A DNA stretch of 64,000 bases, taken from Lachnospiraceae bacterium. GTDB lineage: Bacteria > Bacillota_I > Bacilli_A > RFN20 > CAG-826. Position 1 is the first letter of the stretch; every line of letters begins with the position of its first letter. The notes below the pieces were generated by a model. The model ran no database searches and was not told where the DNA came from. It worked only from the letters and a program-made list of their open reading frames with translations. The DNA lies in the NCBI GenBank assembly GCA_963657245.1, contig CAVKLJ010000002.1:59801-123800 (forward strand). Direction: 5' to 3'. Shown in pieces: positions 40,047-49,190 of the stretch. A program made the position numbers and the translations under genes.

Positions 40047-40076
40047 CAATGTCGTTAAATATGAAAGGAAATTCAT

Positions 40077-40382
40077 ATGTCAGATTTACCAAACGAACAA
40101 ATACTCGATGCCATGGAAGATTTGCTTAGCGTTGCAAGTGATTCAACAAGGCTAAAAATCATGTTATCCATTTCCGATGAAGAACATAATGTTTCTGAAA
40201 TAATGGAAATGGTAGGGGCATCTCAATCCCTTGTCTCTCATCAGTTAGATGTTTTAAAGAAACACCGCCTCGTAAGTGTTAGAAAAGACGGAAGAAAGGC
40301 TTACTACATTCTTTCCGATCATCACATTAACGAACTTATCAAAGTAGTCTACGAGCACGTTAGCGAGAAGGAAGGGGAATAG
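40077..40382 (+). CDS. ArsR/SmtB-family metalloregulator (CadC-like)
   Basis: Winged-HTH sequence SDSTRLKIMLSI...VSEIMEMVGASQSLVSHQLDVLKKHRLV. It lies immediately upstream of a P1B-ATPase. Confidence 0.8.
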   Translation: MSDLPNEQILDAMEDLLSVASDSTRLKIMLSISDEEHNVSEIMEMVGASQSLVSHQLDVLKKHRLVSVRKDGRKAYYILSDHHINELIKVVYEHVSEKEGE

Positions 40383-40384
40383 GT

Positions 40385-42298
40385 ATGAACGAAGAAAAGA
40401 AGGAGATTATCGTTAATTCAATCCGTTTGGTGATTGGATTAACGCTTGCATTGTTAGGCTTATTTGTCTTTAGCGAGGATAAGTTTGGCGTGTGGGTTAA
40501 TTTCGCCGTAATGGTATGTGCATGGCTAGTTGTTGGATACGATATCATCTACAAAGCCTTTGAATCACTCATCAAAGAAAAGAATCCGTTCGATGAAAAC
40601 GCGTTAATGCTTATCGCCTCTATTGGCGCCTTCTGCCTAAGAATATTTGGCAAAGATGAAAACGAAATATTCGGAAATGAATTCTTTGAAGCATTTATGG
40701 TGGCCTTCCTTTTCCAACTTGGCGACATCTTCGAAGACTTAGCTACGGATAAAAGCCATGAAGCAATCACAAACGCCGTTGGACTTAGAGCAAAAAACGC
40801 TAGCCGTTTAGTTGATGGAACAATCCAACTAGTCAAACCAGAAGAACTTCAAATCAATGATGAAATCTTAGTAAAAGTCGGAGAAATCATTCCTGCAGAC
40901 GGAGAGATCATCTCCGGATCGGGTGATATTGATATGTCTTCTTTAACTGGCGAATTCAATCCAGTAAATAGAAAAGAAGGAGATTTTGTTAACTCTGGCA
41001 CGATCCTTAAAACTGGGTCGATAAAAGTAAAAGTCACTAAGTCATACGAAGACTCTACAGTAAGTAAAATTATCTCCTTGGTCGAAGAAAGTGCTGAGCA
41101 GAAATCTAAAGCGGATAAATTCATCACCAAATTCGCAAGAATCTATACCCCAATTGTTGTTGGAATAGCTCTCTTACTGGCAATAGTTCCTCCTCTTTGT
41201 CTAGGAATGAGCAATGGTGAAATTTGGAAACAATGGATCAAAATTGCCGTGTCTATCTTAGTTATCTCTTGCCCATGTGCCGTAGTTGTATCGGTTCCTC
41301 TTGCCTATTTTGCTGGAATTGGCCTTGCTTCCAAACACGGAATCATTGTCAAAGGTGGCTCATATTTCGATGAACTCAATCGTCTTGGAATCTTAGTTAC
41401 TGATAAGACTGGCACTTTAACATATGGCAAATTCGTTGTCGAAGAAATCCATCCAGAAGGCATTGGTGAAGAAGAATTCAAAGAATACATCTTTGCCGCG
41501 GAATCGCGCTCTAATCACCCAATTGCCAAAGCAATTCTTTCTGATAAAGACCCAGCAATATATTCTCCTAAAATCAGCGAATATTCCGAAAAAGCCGGAT
41601 ATGGCGAAATCCTCACATATGATGGTCATAAACTTCTAGCCGGTAATAAAAAATTACTCGATGAAAACAATGTTTCCTTTGAACAGCCAAACGTTGTTGG
41701 AACTCTTGTCTATCTTGCTCTAGATGGTAAATATTGCGGATATGTTCTCCTTAACGATCAAGTTAAAGAAAACTCTGCAGAGACAATAAAGAATCTCCAT
41801 TCGATGAACGTAAAAACACTTATGTTAACCGGTGATAAGAAAGAAGCCGCCTCAAAGGTTGCATTAGAACTTGGAATTGATGAGGTAAGAGCGGAACTTC
41901 TTCCAGAAGAGAAGACTTCAATCCTCAAAGAAAAACTTAACGACAAATGCGCGGTTGCATATATTGGTGATGGAATTAACGATGCACCAAGCATTACCTT
42001 AGCCGACGTTGGCTTTGCAATGGGTGGCGCAGGAAGCGATTTAGCAGTGGAGAACGCCAATATCGTTATCATGAATGATGACATATCAAAGGTCGTTACT
42101 GCCACTAAGATTGCTAAAACCACAAGAAATAGAGCAATATTCAATGTTGTCGCATCATTGCTTATCAAACTTGGTGTTGCTCTTTGCTCAATATTCATTC
42201 CTAACTTCCCTCTTATGATCGCCGTCTTTGCCGATACTGGTGTAACCCTCATAATGGTCGCAAGTTCCATCTCCCTCTTAATTCACAAAGTTAAGTAA
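40385..42298 (+). CDS. heavy-metal (Cd/Zn/Co-type) P1B-ATPase that lacks an N-terminal HMA domain
   Basis: TM CPC motif (VISCPCAVVV), DKTGTLT, GDGINDAP. The protein starts directly in the membrane domain. Confidence 0.85.
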   Translation: MNEEKKEIIVNSIRLVIGLTLALLGLFVFSEDKFGVWVNFAVMVCAWLVVGYDIIYKAFESLIKEKNPFDENALMLIASIGAFCLRIFGKDENEIFGNEFFEAFMVAFLFQLGDIFEDLATDKSHEAITNAVGLRAKNASRLVDGTIQLVKPEELQINDEILVKVGEIIPADGEIISGSGDIDMSSLTGEFNPVNRKEGDFVNSGTILKTGSIKVKVTKSYEDSTVSKIISLVEESAEQKSKADKFITKFARIYTPIVVGIALLLAIVPPLCLGMSNGEIWKQWIKIAVSILVISCPCAVVVSVPLAYFAGIGLASKHGIIVKGGSYFDELNRLGILVTDKTGTLTYGKFVVEEIHPEGIGEEEFKEYIFAAESRSNHPIAKAILSDKDPAIYSPKISEYSEKAGYGEILTYDGHKLLAGNKKLLDENNVSFEQPNVVGTLVYLALDGKYCGYVLLNDQVKENSAETIKNLHSMNVKTLMLTGDKKEAASKVALELGIDEVRAELLPEEKTSILKEKLNDKCAVAYIGDGINDAPSITLADVGFAMGGAGSDLAVENANIVIMNDDISKVVTATKIAKTTRNRAIFNVVASLLIKLGVALCSIFIPNFPLMIAVFADTGVTLIMVASSISLLIHKVK

Positions 42299-42390
42299 GT
42301 TTAGGGCTCCATTAATTTGGAACTCTTTTCTTTCTAAATGTGCATGTTGCACAAAAAGAAGCCAAGCAAAAATTCGTTCTTGTAACGCGT

Positions 42391-42419
42391 AACGCACGCA
42401 CGTATAATACTTCAGCACG
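42391..42419 (+). promoter_or_regulatory. rplK-rplA promoter (TTGTAA-17 nt-TATAAT) preceding a roughly 80-nt structured L11 leader
   Basis: Consensus promoter. The leader contains the GCACG...CGTGC hairpin; it may be an L1 autoregulatory site. Confidence 0.5.
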
Positions 42420-42501
42420 TATTTTTCGTGCGGCGTGGAAGAGCCTTTTAGACGAGGGCCCGAAAAAACCACTGCATATCGTCAAATTTAAGGAGGACAA
42501 T

Positions 42502-42918
42502 ATGGCAAAGAAAATCGTCAAAGTCCTTAAGATGGAACTCCCAGGTGGAGACGCCCATCCAGGACCAAAGCTTGCTTCCGCAGGCGTTCAAATGGCTAAG
42601 TTCTGCACTGACTTCAATGCAAAAACAGCCGACAGAAAAGGACAAACAGTCCCAGTCATCATCACAGCTTATGAAGACAAATCCTATGACTTCGTTATCA
42701 AAACAACACCAGTCACAGATTTACTCTTAAAGGCTGCAGGAATCTCCAAAGGTTCCGGTGTTCCAAACAAGACAAAAGTTGGACACATCTCTCAAGCTCA
42801 ACTTGAGGAAATCGCACAATACAAGATGCCAGACCTTAACGCAAATGACATCGAAGCTGCGAAAAACATCGTTGCTGGCAGTGCTCGCCAAATGGGCATC
42901 ACTGTCGATGCAAAGTAA
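42502..42918 (+). CDS. rplK: 50S ribosomal protein L11
   Basis: MAKKIVKVLKMELPGG with RBS AGGAGG. The ORF-track start at 42340 is upstream leader. Confidence 0.95.
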   Translation: MAKKIVKVLKMELPGGDAHPGPKLASAGVQMAKFCTDFNAKTADRKGQTVPVIITAYEDKSYDFVIKTTPVTDLLLKAAGISKGSGVPNKTKVGHISQAQLEEIAQYKMPDLNANDIEAAKNIVAGSARQMGITVDAK

Positions 42919-42934
42919 TTAGGGAGAAACAACA

Positions 42935-43624
42935 ATGAAACAAGGAAAGAAATACATTGCTGCCAAGAAACTTGTTGATGAAAACAAGGAGTACACTCTC
43001 GAAGAAGCCGCTGTTCTTCTTAAGAAAACCAGCACCACAAAATTCGATTCAACAATCGATATCAGCTTTGCGTTAAATGTTAATCCAACATTAGCTGATC
43101 AATTAATCCGTGGAACCTTAGTCCTTCCTCATGGAAATGGCAAAACCAAGAAGATCCTTGCTGTTACAAACGTCAAACAAGACGAAGCAAAAGCAGCAGG
43201 CGCTGACTTCGTTGGCGGCAAAGAAATGCTCGAAAAGATCCAAACTCAAAACTGGTTCGGATTCGACATCATCGTTGCAACCCCAGACATGATGGGTGAA
43301 CTTGGTAAAATGGGCCGTCTCTTAGGACCTAAAGGCTTAATGCCAAACCCAAAGACTGGTACAGTCTCTATGGAAATCGGCAAAGCCATTACCGAAATCA
43401 AGAAAGGTAAGATTTCCTACCGTGTTGACAAAGATGGCAACCTTAACATCTCTATCGCACGTGTCTCCTTCTCTGAAGCTGACATCGTTGATAACCTTCA
43501 ATCCGTTATCGATGCAATCGTGAAATCCCGCCCATCCACAGTTAAAGGTGTCTACATCAAGACCGCAGTTGTCCACACAACCATGGGTCCTGGCATGAAG
43601 ATCACCTTCCCATCCAGAAACTAA
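42935..43624 (+). CDS. rplA: 50S ribosomal protein L1
   Basis: L1 sequence in operon order. Confidence 0.95.
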   Translation: MKQGKKYIAAKKLVDENKEYTLEEAAVLLKKTSTTKFDSTIDISFALNVNPTLADQLIRGTLVLPHGNGKTKKILAVTNVKQDEAKAAGADFVGGKEMLEKIQTQNWFGFDIIVATPDMMGELGKMGRLLGPKGLMPNPKTGTVSMEIGKAITEIKKGKISYRVDKDGNLNISIARVSFSEADIVDNLQSVIDAIVKSRPSTVKGVYIKTAVVHTTMGPGMKITFPSRN

Positions 43625-43776
43625 TTCGTTTCTGGCACCAATTTGGTGAATTGCTTGTTATTCCTAAGATAGCAACGGACACATGTCTTAATAATCCACG
43701 TTGCTGAGGTTACGAAATTCACAATAACTCACTAGTTATATCAAGCTTCACATATATAAGAAAGGAGGAACACAGT
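43625..43776 (+). promoter_or_regulatory. L10(rplJ) leader region, likely a structured autoregulatory leader
   Basis: The 150-nt intergenic region carries the AGCAACG...CGTTGCT helix. In Firmicutes this position holds the L10 leader. Confidence 0.4.
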
Positions 43777-44286
43777 ATGAATGCATCTGCACTTCAAGCT
43801 AAGAAAGATTCCGTTAAGGAAATCACAGAAGGCTTAAAATCCAGCAAGACCGTCGCTATTGTTTGCTATCAAGGCTTAACAGTCGCTGAAACACAAGAAC
43901 TCCGTCGTACTTTAGCCGAAAAGAACGCAAAGATGGGTGTTTACAAGAATACCTTAGTCCGTCGCGCTTTATCCGGTGAAGGAATCAGCGGATTAGACGA
44001 ATTCCTTGAAGGACCAAACGCCTTAGTCTTCTCTGAAGACACAACTAGCGCTGCAAAAATCCTCTACAAATTCTCCCGTTTCCACGAGCACCTCGTTTTA
44101 CGTGGTGGCCTCGTCGAAGGACAAGTTGTAGACGCAAAGGGATTAAAAGAAGTTGCCAAACTTCCAACAAAAGAAGCATTACTCTCTATGTTCTGCATGG
44201 TTCTCAACGAACCAATCGCTGGCTTTGCCAGAGTCGTTAATTCCGTTAACGAAAAGGCTGGAGCGGAAGCCCCAGCAGCCAACTAA
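43777..44286 (+). CDS. rplJ: 50S ribosomal protein L10
   Basis: Operon position and L10 core. Confidence 0.93.
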   Translation: MNASALQAKKDSVKEITEGLKSSKTVAIVCYQGLTVAETQELRRTLAEKNAKMGVYKNTLVRRALSGEGISGLDEFLEGPNALVFSEDTTSAAKILYKFSRFHEHLVLRGGLVEGQVVDAKGLKEVAKLPTKEALLSMFCMVLNEPIAGFARVVNSVNEKAGAEAPAAN

Positions 44287-44305
44287 TTTCTAGGAGGAAA
44301 AAACA

Positions 44306-44689
44306 ATGGCTGAAAAATTAACAAATGAACAAATCCTTGACACTCTTGGACAAATGACTGCCCTCGAACTCAAGTCACTCGTTGATGCCGTCTGCGAAAA
44401 GTTCGGTGTCACCGCTGCTGCCCCAACTGCAGCTGCTGCTCCTGCTGAAGAAGAAGGACCAGTCGCAAAAGGACCAACCGAAGTCTCCTTATTCTTAAAG
44501 GGACTTGGAACTGCTGGCAAAGTCGCAGTTATCAAAGCTGTCCAAACCATCACTGGCTTAGGACTTATGGAAGCTAAGAAACTCGTTGACTCCGCCCCAG
44601 TCGCCATCAAAGAAAAGATCTCTCCTGTTGAAGCTGAAGCTTACAAGAAGACCCTTACAGACGCTGGCGCTGAAGCTGAAGTTAAATAA
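44306..44689 (+). CDS. rplL: 50S ribosomal protein L7/L12
   Basis: Ala-rich hinge plus C-terminal domain ([24 protein letters not shown]). Confidence 0.97.
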   Translation: MAEKLTNEQILDTLGQMTALELKSLVDAVCEKFGVTAAAPTAAAAPAEEEGPVAKGPTEVSLFLKGLGTAGKVAVIKAVQTITGLGLMEAKKLVDSAPVAIKEKISPVEAEAYKKTLTDAGAEAEVK

Positions 44690-44711
44690 GTTTCAACCCA
44701 ATTTTGAACTT

Positions 44712-44754
44712 TACCCTGCCCATGGACTACTCGTCGCCCGTGGGTAGGGTTTTG
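44712..44754 (+). terminator. terminator or attenuator between rplL and the rpoB region
   Basis: Imperfect stem ACCCTGCCCATGG...CCCGTGGGTAGGGT followed by TTTT. Confidence 0.55.
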
Positions 44755-44777
44755 GCGCTTAAAGGAGGAAAGAAAAA

Positions 44778-45395
44778 ATGCCCCAATACTTCGACAATAT
44801 TGAAGGAATGGAACATAAAGATATCACCGTAGAATTTGACCTTCTTGGTGAGCATTACCACTTTAAGAGCGATAAAGGAGTATTCTCCAAAACCAAGCTT
44901 GATTTCGGAACGGAATTGCTATTAAAAACAATTCTTACTTCCGATATCGACCTAGGCAAAAGAATACTAGACCTTGGGTGTGGAGCGGGACCGATAGGAC
45001 TAATCCTCGCTCACCTCGACCCGGAGAAGCAAGTTACCCTTGCCGATGTTAATGACCGGGCCCTCGAGCTTACAAGAAGAAATGCTGATTTACTCAACGT
45101 TTCTAAGCAAGTAGAGATCGTTCATAGCGACGTTTACCTCAACCTACACTCCACCTATGATTCAATAATCTCAAACCCACCTATTAGAGCTGGGAAACGT
45201 GTTACTTATCGGATTTATGATGAAGCAGCCTCTCACCTTAATGACAATGGTTCCTTAATCATCGTCATAAGAAAAGAGCAGGGTGCCTTATCTACCAAAG
45301 AACATCTTGAAACGTTATTTGAATCCGTAAATGTATTAGCACGTAAAAAAGGTTATTACATCATTCAATCGATTAAGAAAAAAGGAGCAGTATAA
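44778..45395 (+). CDS. class I SAM-dependent methyltransferase (RsmC/YbxB-like small rRNA methyltransferase)
   Basis: ILDLGCGAGPIGL SAM motif and NPP motif (ISNPPIRAG). It sits between rplL and rpoB as in B. subtilis. Confidence 0.65.
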   Translation: MPQYFDNIEGMEHKDITVEFDLLGEHYHFKSDKGVFSKTKLDFGTELLLKTILTSDIDLGKRILDLGCGAGPIGLILAHLDPEKQVTLADVNDRALELTRRNADLLNVSKQVEIVHSDVYLNLHSTYDSIISNPPIRAGKRVTYRIYDEAASHLNDNGSLIIVIRKEQGALSTKEHLETLFESVNVLARKKGYYIIQSIKKKGAV

Positions 45396-48300
45396 TGCCA
45401 AACGAAAACAAATTCCTAACCGAATTCCCTGGGCCAAGCGGAAAGAATTATCCTGTTGGTCTAAACAATCGTGTCAATTTCGGAAAGATTTCTGGATCCC
45501 TTGAGCTTCCATACTTGGTTGCCGTCCAAACAAAATCTTTCAAATGGTTCAAAGAAACCGGAATTGACGAAGTATTCAGAGAAGTTTTCCCAATCACAAA
45601 TAACAACGAAACAATTTCTCTTGAATATGAAAGCTGCCATTTCGAAGAGCCAGAATATAAGCCTCTCGAATGCAAAGAAGAAGATTTAACCTATTGCAGC
45701 AAATTAAAAGCAACCCTTCTTTTAAGAAGCAAAGACACAAATCAAATCAAGAAATCTGAAGTCTACATGGGTGATGTCCCAATGATGACAAATAGTGGTA
45801 CCTTCATCATCAACGGTACTGAAAAAGTCGTCGTCTCTCAGATTATCCGTTCCGCTGGTGCCTACTTTGAGAACCCAAACGAAAAAGGCATTGAATACCA
45901 TGCAGAACTTATTCCTACAAGAGGAACCTGGATCGAATTCGAAAACACCAACAAAGGCTTGATCTATGTTGATATCGACCACTCCCAAAATGCCTCGCAC
46001 AAATTACCTGCGACCATCATTTTTAAAGCCCTTGGTTTCTCTGAGGAAGATATCACCAAATTATTTGGCGATTCCGAAGCTTTGGTCAACACAATCAATA
46101 AAGACAAGGCAAGAGACAATGCCAACAAAGCTTTAATTGAAATCTTTAAGAAATTAAAACCAGGCGAACCTGTCACAAAAGAAGGAACAATCAACTTCCT
46201 TATCCAACGTTTCTTTGATGAAAAACGTTATGACTTAGGCCGTGCAGGTCGTTTCAAATTAACACAAAAACTCGGTATCTATAACCGTTTAGCCGGACGT
46301 GTTCTTGCCGAACCTCTTATCTCAGTTGACGGCGAAATTGCCACAAACAAAGACGGTGAAGCAATGATTGCTGGCTATACCTTAACCAAAGAAGACGTTG
46401 AAATGCTTCGCGATGCCGAATTCTTCGAACAAGGCGCGATGGAATTAGATCTTGCTGATAAGATCAATCCTGACTTCGCCATCGGTTCAACAAAAGTCAA
46501 CATCGTTAAAGTCCACGCAAGAGACAAAGTTAGCGAAAAAGTCGTTAATGTCATCGGTACCTCCTTTGAGTTATCAGGCGTTATCGAAGGAACAAGACCT
46601 CTTCTTTGCCTTGCAGTACCAGATATCATCGCTTGCTTCTCCTATTTTGAGAACGTTCGTGATGGCATCGGTTCATTAGACGATATCGATAATCTTGGCA
46701 ACCGTCGTGTACGTTGCGTTGGCGAACTCTTACAAAATCAATTCCGTATGGGTCTTACAAAGATGAGCAAGACCATCATTCAAAGAATGAACACAACGGT
46801 TGATTTCTCTGAAGCAAAACCACAAGGATTTGTTTCTATTCGCCCATTGACCTCCTCAATTCATGAGTTCTTCAATACTTCGCAACTTTCTCAACTTATG
46901 GACCAAGTTAACCCACTCTCCGAGTTGGCTAACAAACGTCGTCTTTCCGCTTTAGGCCCTGGTGGTTTAACACGTGAAAGAACAACAATGGCCGTCCGTG
47001 ACGTTCACTATACTCACTATGGCCGTATCTGTCCTATTGAAACTCCAGAAGGTCAAAACGTCGGTTTAATCAACAACTTATCAACCTACGCTAAGATCAA
47101 TAAATTAGGATTCATCGAGACTCCTTATCGCAAAGTCTTCAAGATCACCGATAAAGATGGCATCAGCCACGTTTATGTCTCTGATGAAGCTGAATACTTA
47201 TCCGCAGACGATGAAAGAGGCTTATATATCGCTGAAGCGAATATGAATACCTCTGAGCCAATGGAATTAACCATTGATGGAAAGAAAGAAATCGTTAAGG
47301 AAATCCTTGATAACGAAGTCGTCACCAGACACGATGATGATAACCTCATTGTTAGCAAGGAGCTTATCTCCTATGTCGACGTTTCTCCAAAACAAATCGT
47401 CTCTGTTGCTGCATCTTGTATTCCATTCCTCGAACACGATGACTCTACTCGTGCTTTGATGGGTGCAAACATGCAACGTCAGGCTCTTCCATTACTTCAA
47501 CCAGAACTCCCATATGTCGCAACCGGTATGGAACATGCTGTTGCCCATGACTCTGGCTTAGCGGTTGTTGCTAGAGAAGATGGTGAAGTCACCTATGTCG
47601 ATAGCTCTGAAATCACCGTTAAAGAAGAAGCTGGCGAACACACATATTTCTTACGTAAGTTCGAAAGAACCAACCAAGGCACATGCATTAACCAAACCCC
47701 AATCGTCCATGAAGGCGATCATATCAAAGCAGGTGACGTTATTGCTGATGGTCCATCTATGAAGAATGGTGAACTTGCCTTAGGTCATAACCTCTTAATC
47801 GCTTATATGACTTGGAACGGCTATAACTATGAAGACGCCGTCATCATGTCCGAAAAGATGATTAAGAACGATACTTACACCTCAATCCACATTGAAGTCT
47901 ATGATGTCGAATGCCGTGAAATCAAAGGAGGAGACTCCGAAGAAATCACTCGTGATATTCCAAACGTCGGTGAAGATGCTAAGAAATATCTCGATGAAAG
48001 AGGCATTATCATTCCTGGTGCAGAAGTCAAAGAAGGAGACATCCTCGTTGGCAAAACCACACCAAAAGGCCGTATTGATCCAACTCCAGAAGAGAAACTT
48101 CTTATGTCGATCTTCGCTGAAAAGGTCAATGAAGCTAAAGACACCTCCTTACGTGTTCCACATGGTGGACAAGGTATTGTCTTAAAAGTTAAATGTTTCT
48201 CACGCCGTCATAAAGACCCTCTCGCTCCAGGAGTTATCGAAAAAATTAGAGTCTATATCATCCAAAAGAGAAAGATCTCCGAAGGTGATAAGATGTCTGG

Positions 48301-49171
48301 ACGTCACGGTAACAAAGGTGTTATCTCCAAGATTCTTCCAGTCGAGGATATGCCATTCTTACCAGATGGTACACCAATCGATATGATGCTTTCTCCAATG
48401 GGCGTTCCTTCCCGTATGAACATTGGTCAGGTATTCGAGGTTCAACTTGGTTTAGCATGCCGTAAACTTAATATGCGCGTTGCCACCCCAGTCTTCGACG
48501 GTTTGACAAGTGATGAAATCTCTCAATTGATGGTCAAAGCTGGCTTATCAAGCGATGGCAAGACCGTCTTATACGATGGACAAACTGGTGAGCGTTATCC
48601 TGAACGTATCGCAGTCGGTGTCCAGTACATGATTAAACTTAACCACATGGTCGATGATAAGTTACACGCACGTAGCGTCGGACCATATAGCTTAATCACC
48701 TTGCAACCTCTTGGTGGTAAGGCACAAAATGGTGGTCAGCGTTTCGGCGAAATGGAAGTCTGGGCCCTCGAAGCTTATGGCGCAGCTCATACCCTCCAAG
48801 AGATGATGACCGTCAAATCTGACGACCGTGTCGGAAGAAGAAAGACATACGAAGCCATCATCAAAGGCAACCCACTTCCAAAATCTGGTATGCCTGAAGC
48901 TTTCAAGGTCTTCACAAAAGAACTTAAAGGACTTTGTATGGATGTCACCTTATTCGACAAGTCTGGCGAGAGCATCAACATGGATAACCTCGTCAAAGAC
49001 GCTTTGATCGAAGAAAGAAAGATCAACTCTGCAATCCGTAACCTCTCTAGCAATCGCGGTAACGTGAGCGAAGATGAGACTCCAGAAGAGGAAAATTCCT
49101 TAGAAGAAGTCTTAGAAGCTGCTACAGAAGAAGGATTAAGCACAACAAGCGATCTTTCTCATAACGAATAA
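45395..49171 (+). CDS. rpoB: DNA-directed RNA polymerase subunit beta
   Basis: Conserved beta-subunit regions throughout; 1258 aa. Confidence 0.98.
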   Translation: MPNENKFLTEFPGPSGKNYPVGLNNRVNFGKISGSLELPYLVAVQTKSFKWFKETGIDEVFREVFPITNNNETISLEYESCHFEEPEYKPLECKEEDLTYCSKLKATLLLRSKDTNQIKKSEVYMGDVPMMTNSGTFIINGTEKVVVSQIIRSAGAYFENPNEKGIEYHAELIPTRGTWIEFENTNKGLIYVDIDHSQNASHKLPATIIFKALGFSEEDITKLFGDSEALVNTINKDKARDNANKALIEIFKKLKPGEPVTKEGTINFLIQRFFDEKRYDLGRAGRFKLTQKLGIYNRLAGRVLAEPLISVDGEIATNKDGEAMIAGYTLTKEDVEMLRDAEFFEQGAMELDLADKINPDFAIGSTKVNIVKVHARDKVSEKVVNVIGTSFELSGVIEGTRPLLCLAVPDIIACFSYFENVRDGIGSLDDIDNLGNRRVRCVGELLQNQFRMGLTKMSKTIIQRMNTTVDFSEAKPQGFVSIRPLTSSIHEFFNTSQLSQLMDQVNPLSELANKRRLSALGPGGLTRERTTMAVRDVHYTHYGRICPIETPEGQNVGLINNLSTYAKINKLGFIETPYRKVFKITDKDGISHVYVSDEAEYLSADDERGLYIAEANMNTSEPMELTIDGKKEIVKEILDNEVVTRHDDDNLIVSKELISYVDVSPKQIVSVAASCIPFLEHDDSTRALMGANMQRQALPLLQPELPYVATGMEHAVAHDSGLAVVAREDGEVTYVDSSEITVKEEAGEHTYFLRKFERTNQGTCINQTPIVHEGDHIKAGDVIADGPSMKNGELALGHNLLIAYMTWNGYNYEDAVIMSEKMIKNDTYTSIHIEVYDVECREIKGGDSEEITRDIPNVGEDAKKYLDERGIIIPGAEVKEGDILVGKTTPKGRIDPTPEEKLLMSIFAEKVNEAKDTSLRVPHGGQGIVLKVKCFSRRHKDPLAPGVIEKIRVYIIQKRKISEGDKMSGRHGNKGVISKILPVEDMPFLPDGTPIDMMLSPMGVPSRMNIGQVFEVQLGLACRKLNMRVATPVFDGLTSDEISQLMVKAGLSSDGKTVLYDGQTGERYPERIAVGVQYMIKLNHMVDDKLHARSVGPYSLITLQPLGGKAQNGGQRFGEMEVWALEAYGAAHTLQEMMTVKSDDRVGRRKTYEAIIKGNPLPKSGMPEAFKVFTKELKGLCMDVTLFDKSGESINMDNLVKDALIEERKINSAIRNLSSNRGNVSEDETPEEENSLEEVLEAATEEGLSTTSDLSHNE

Positions 49172-49190
49172 TTAGGAGGAATAAAGAATT

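Noticed and set aside
39925-40155. 76-aa plus-strand ORF upstream of and overlapping arsR
   Set aside because: It runs through the arsR promoter and operator and into arsR in another frame. It has no RBS, and the region is better explained as regulatory DNA.
41758-42270. 170-aa minus-strand ORF inside the cadA-like ATPase gene
   Set aside because: It is antisense to a confidently identified P-type ATPase carrying the DKTGT, GDGINDAP and CPC motifs. Spurious.
39186-42501. Possibility that the cadC-cadA insertion is a mobile element or genomic island with integrase and repeats
   Set aside because: No integrase, transposase, recombinase or terminal inverted or direct repeats were found flanking the segment. 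The insertion is reported as a synteny anomaly only.
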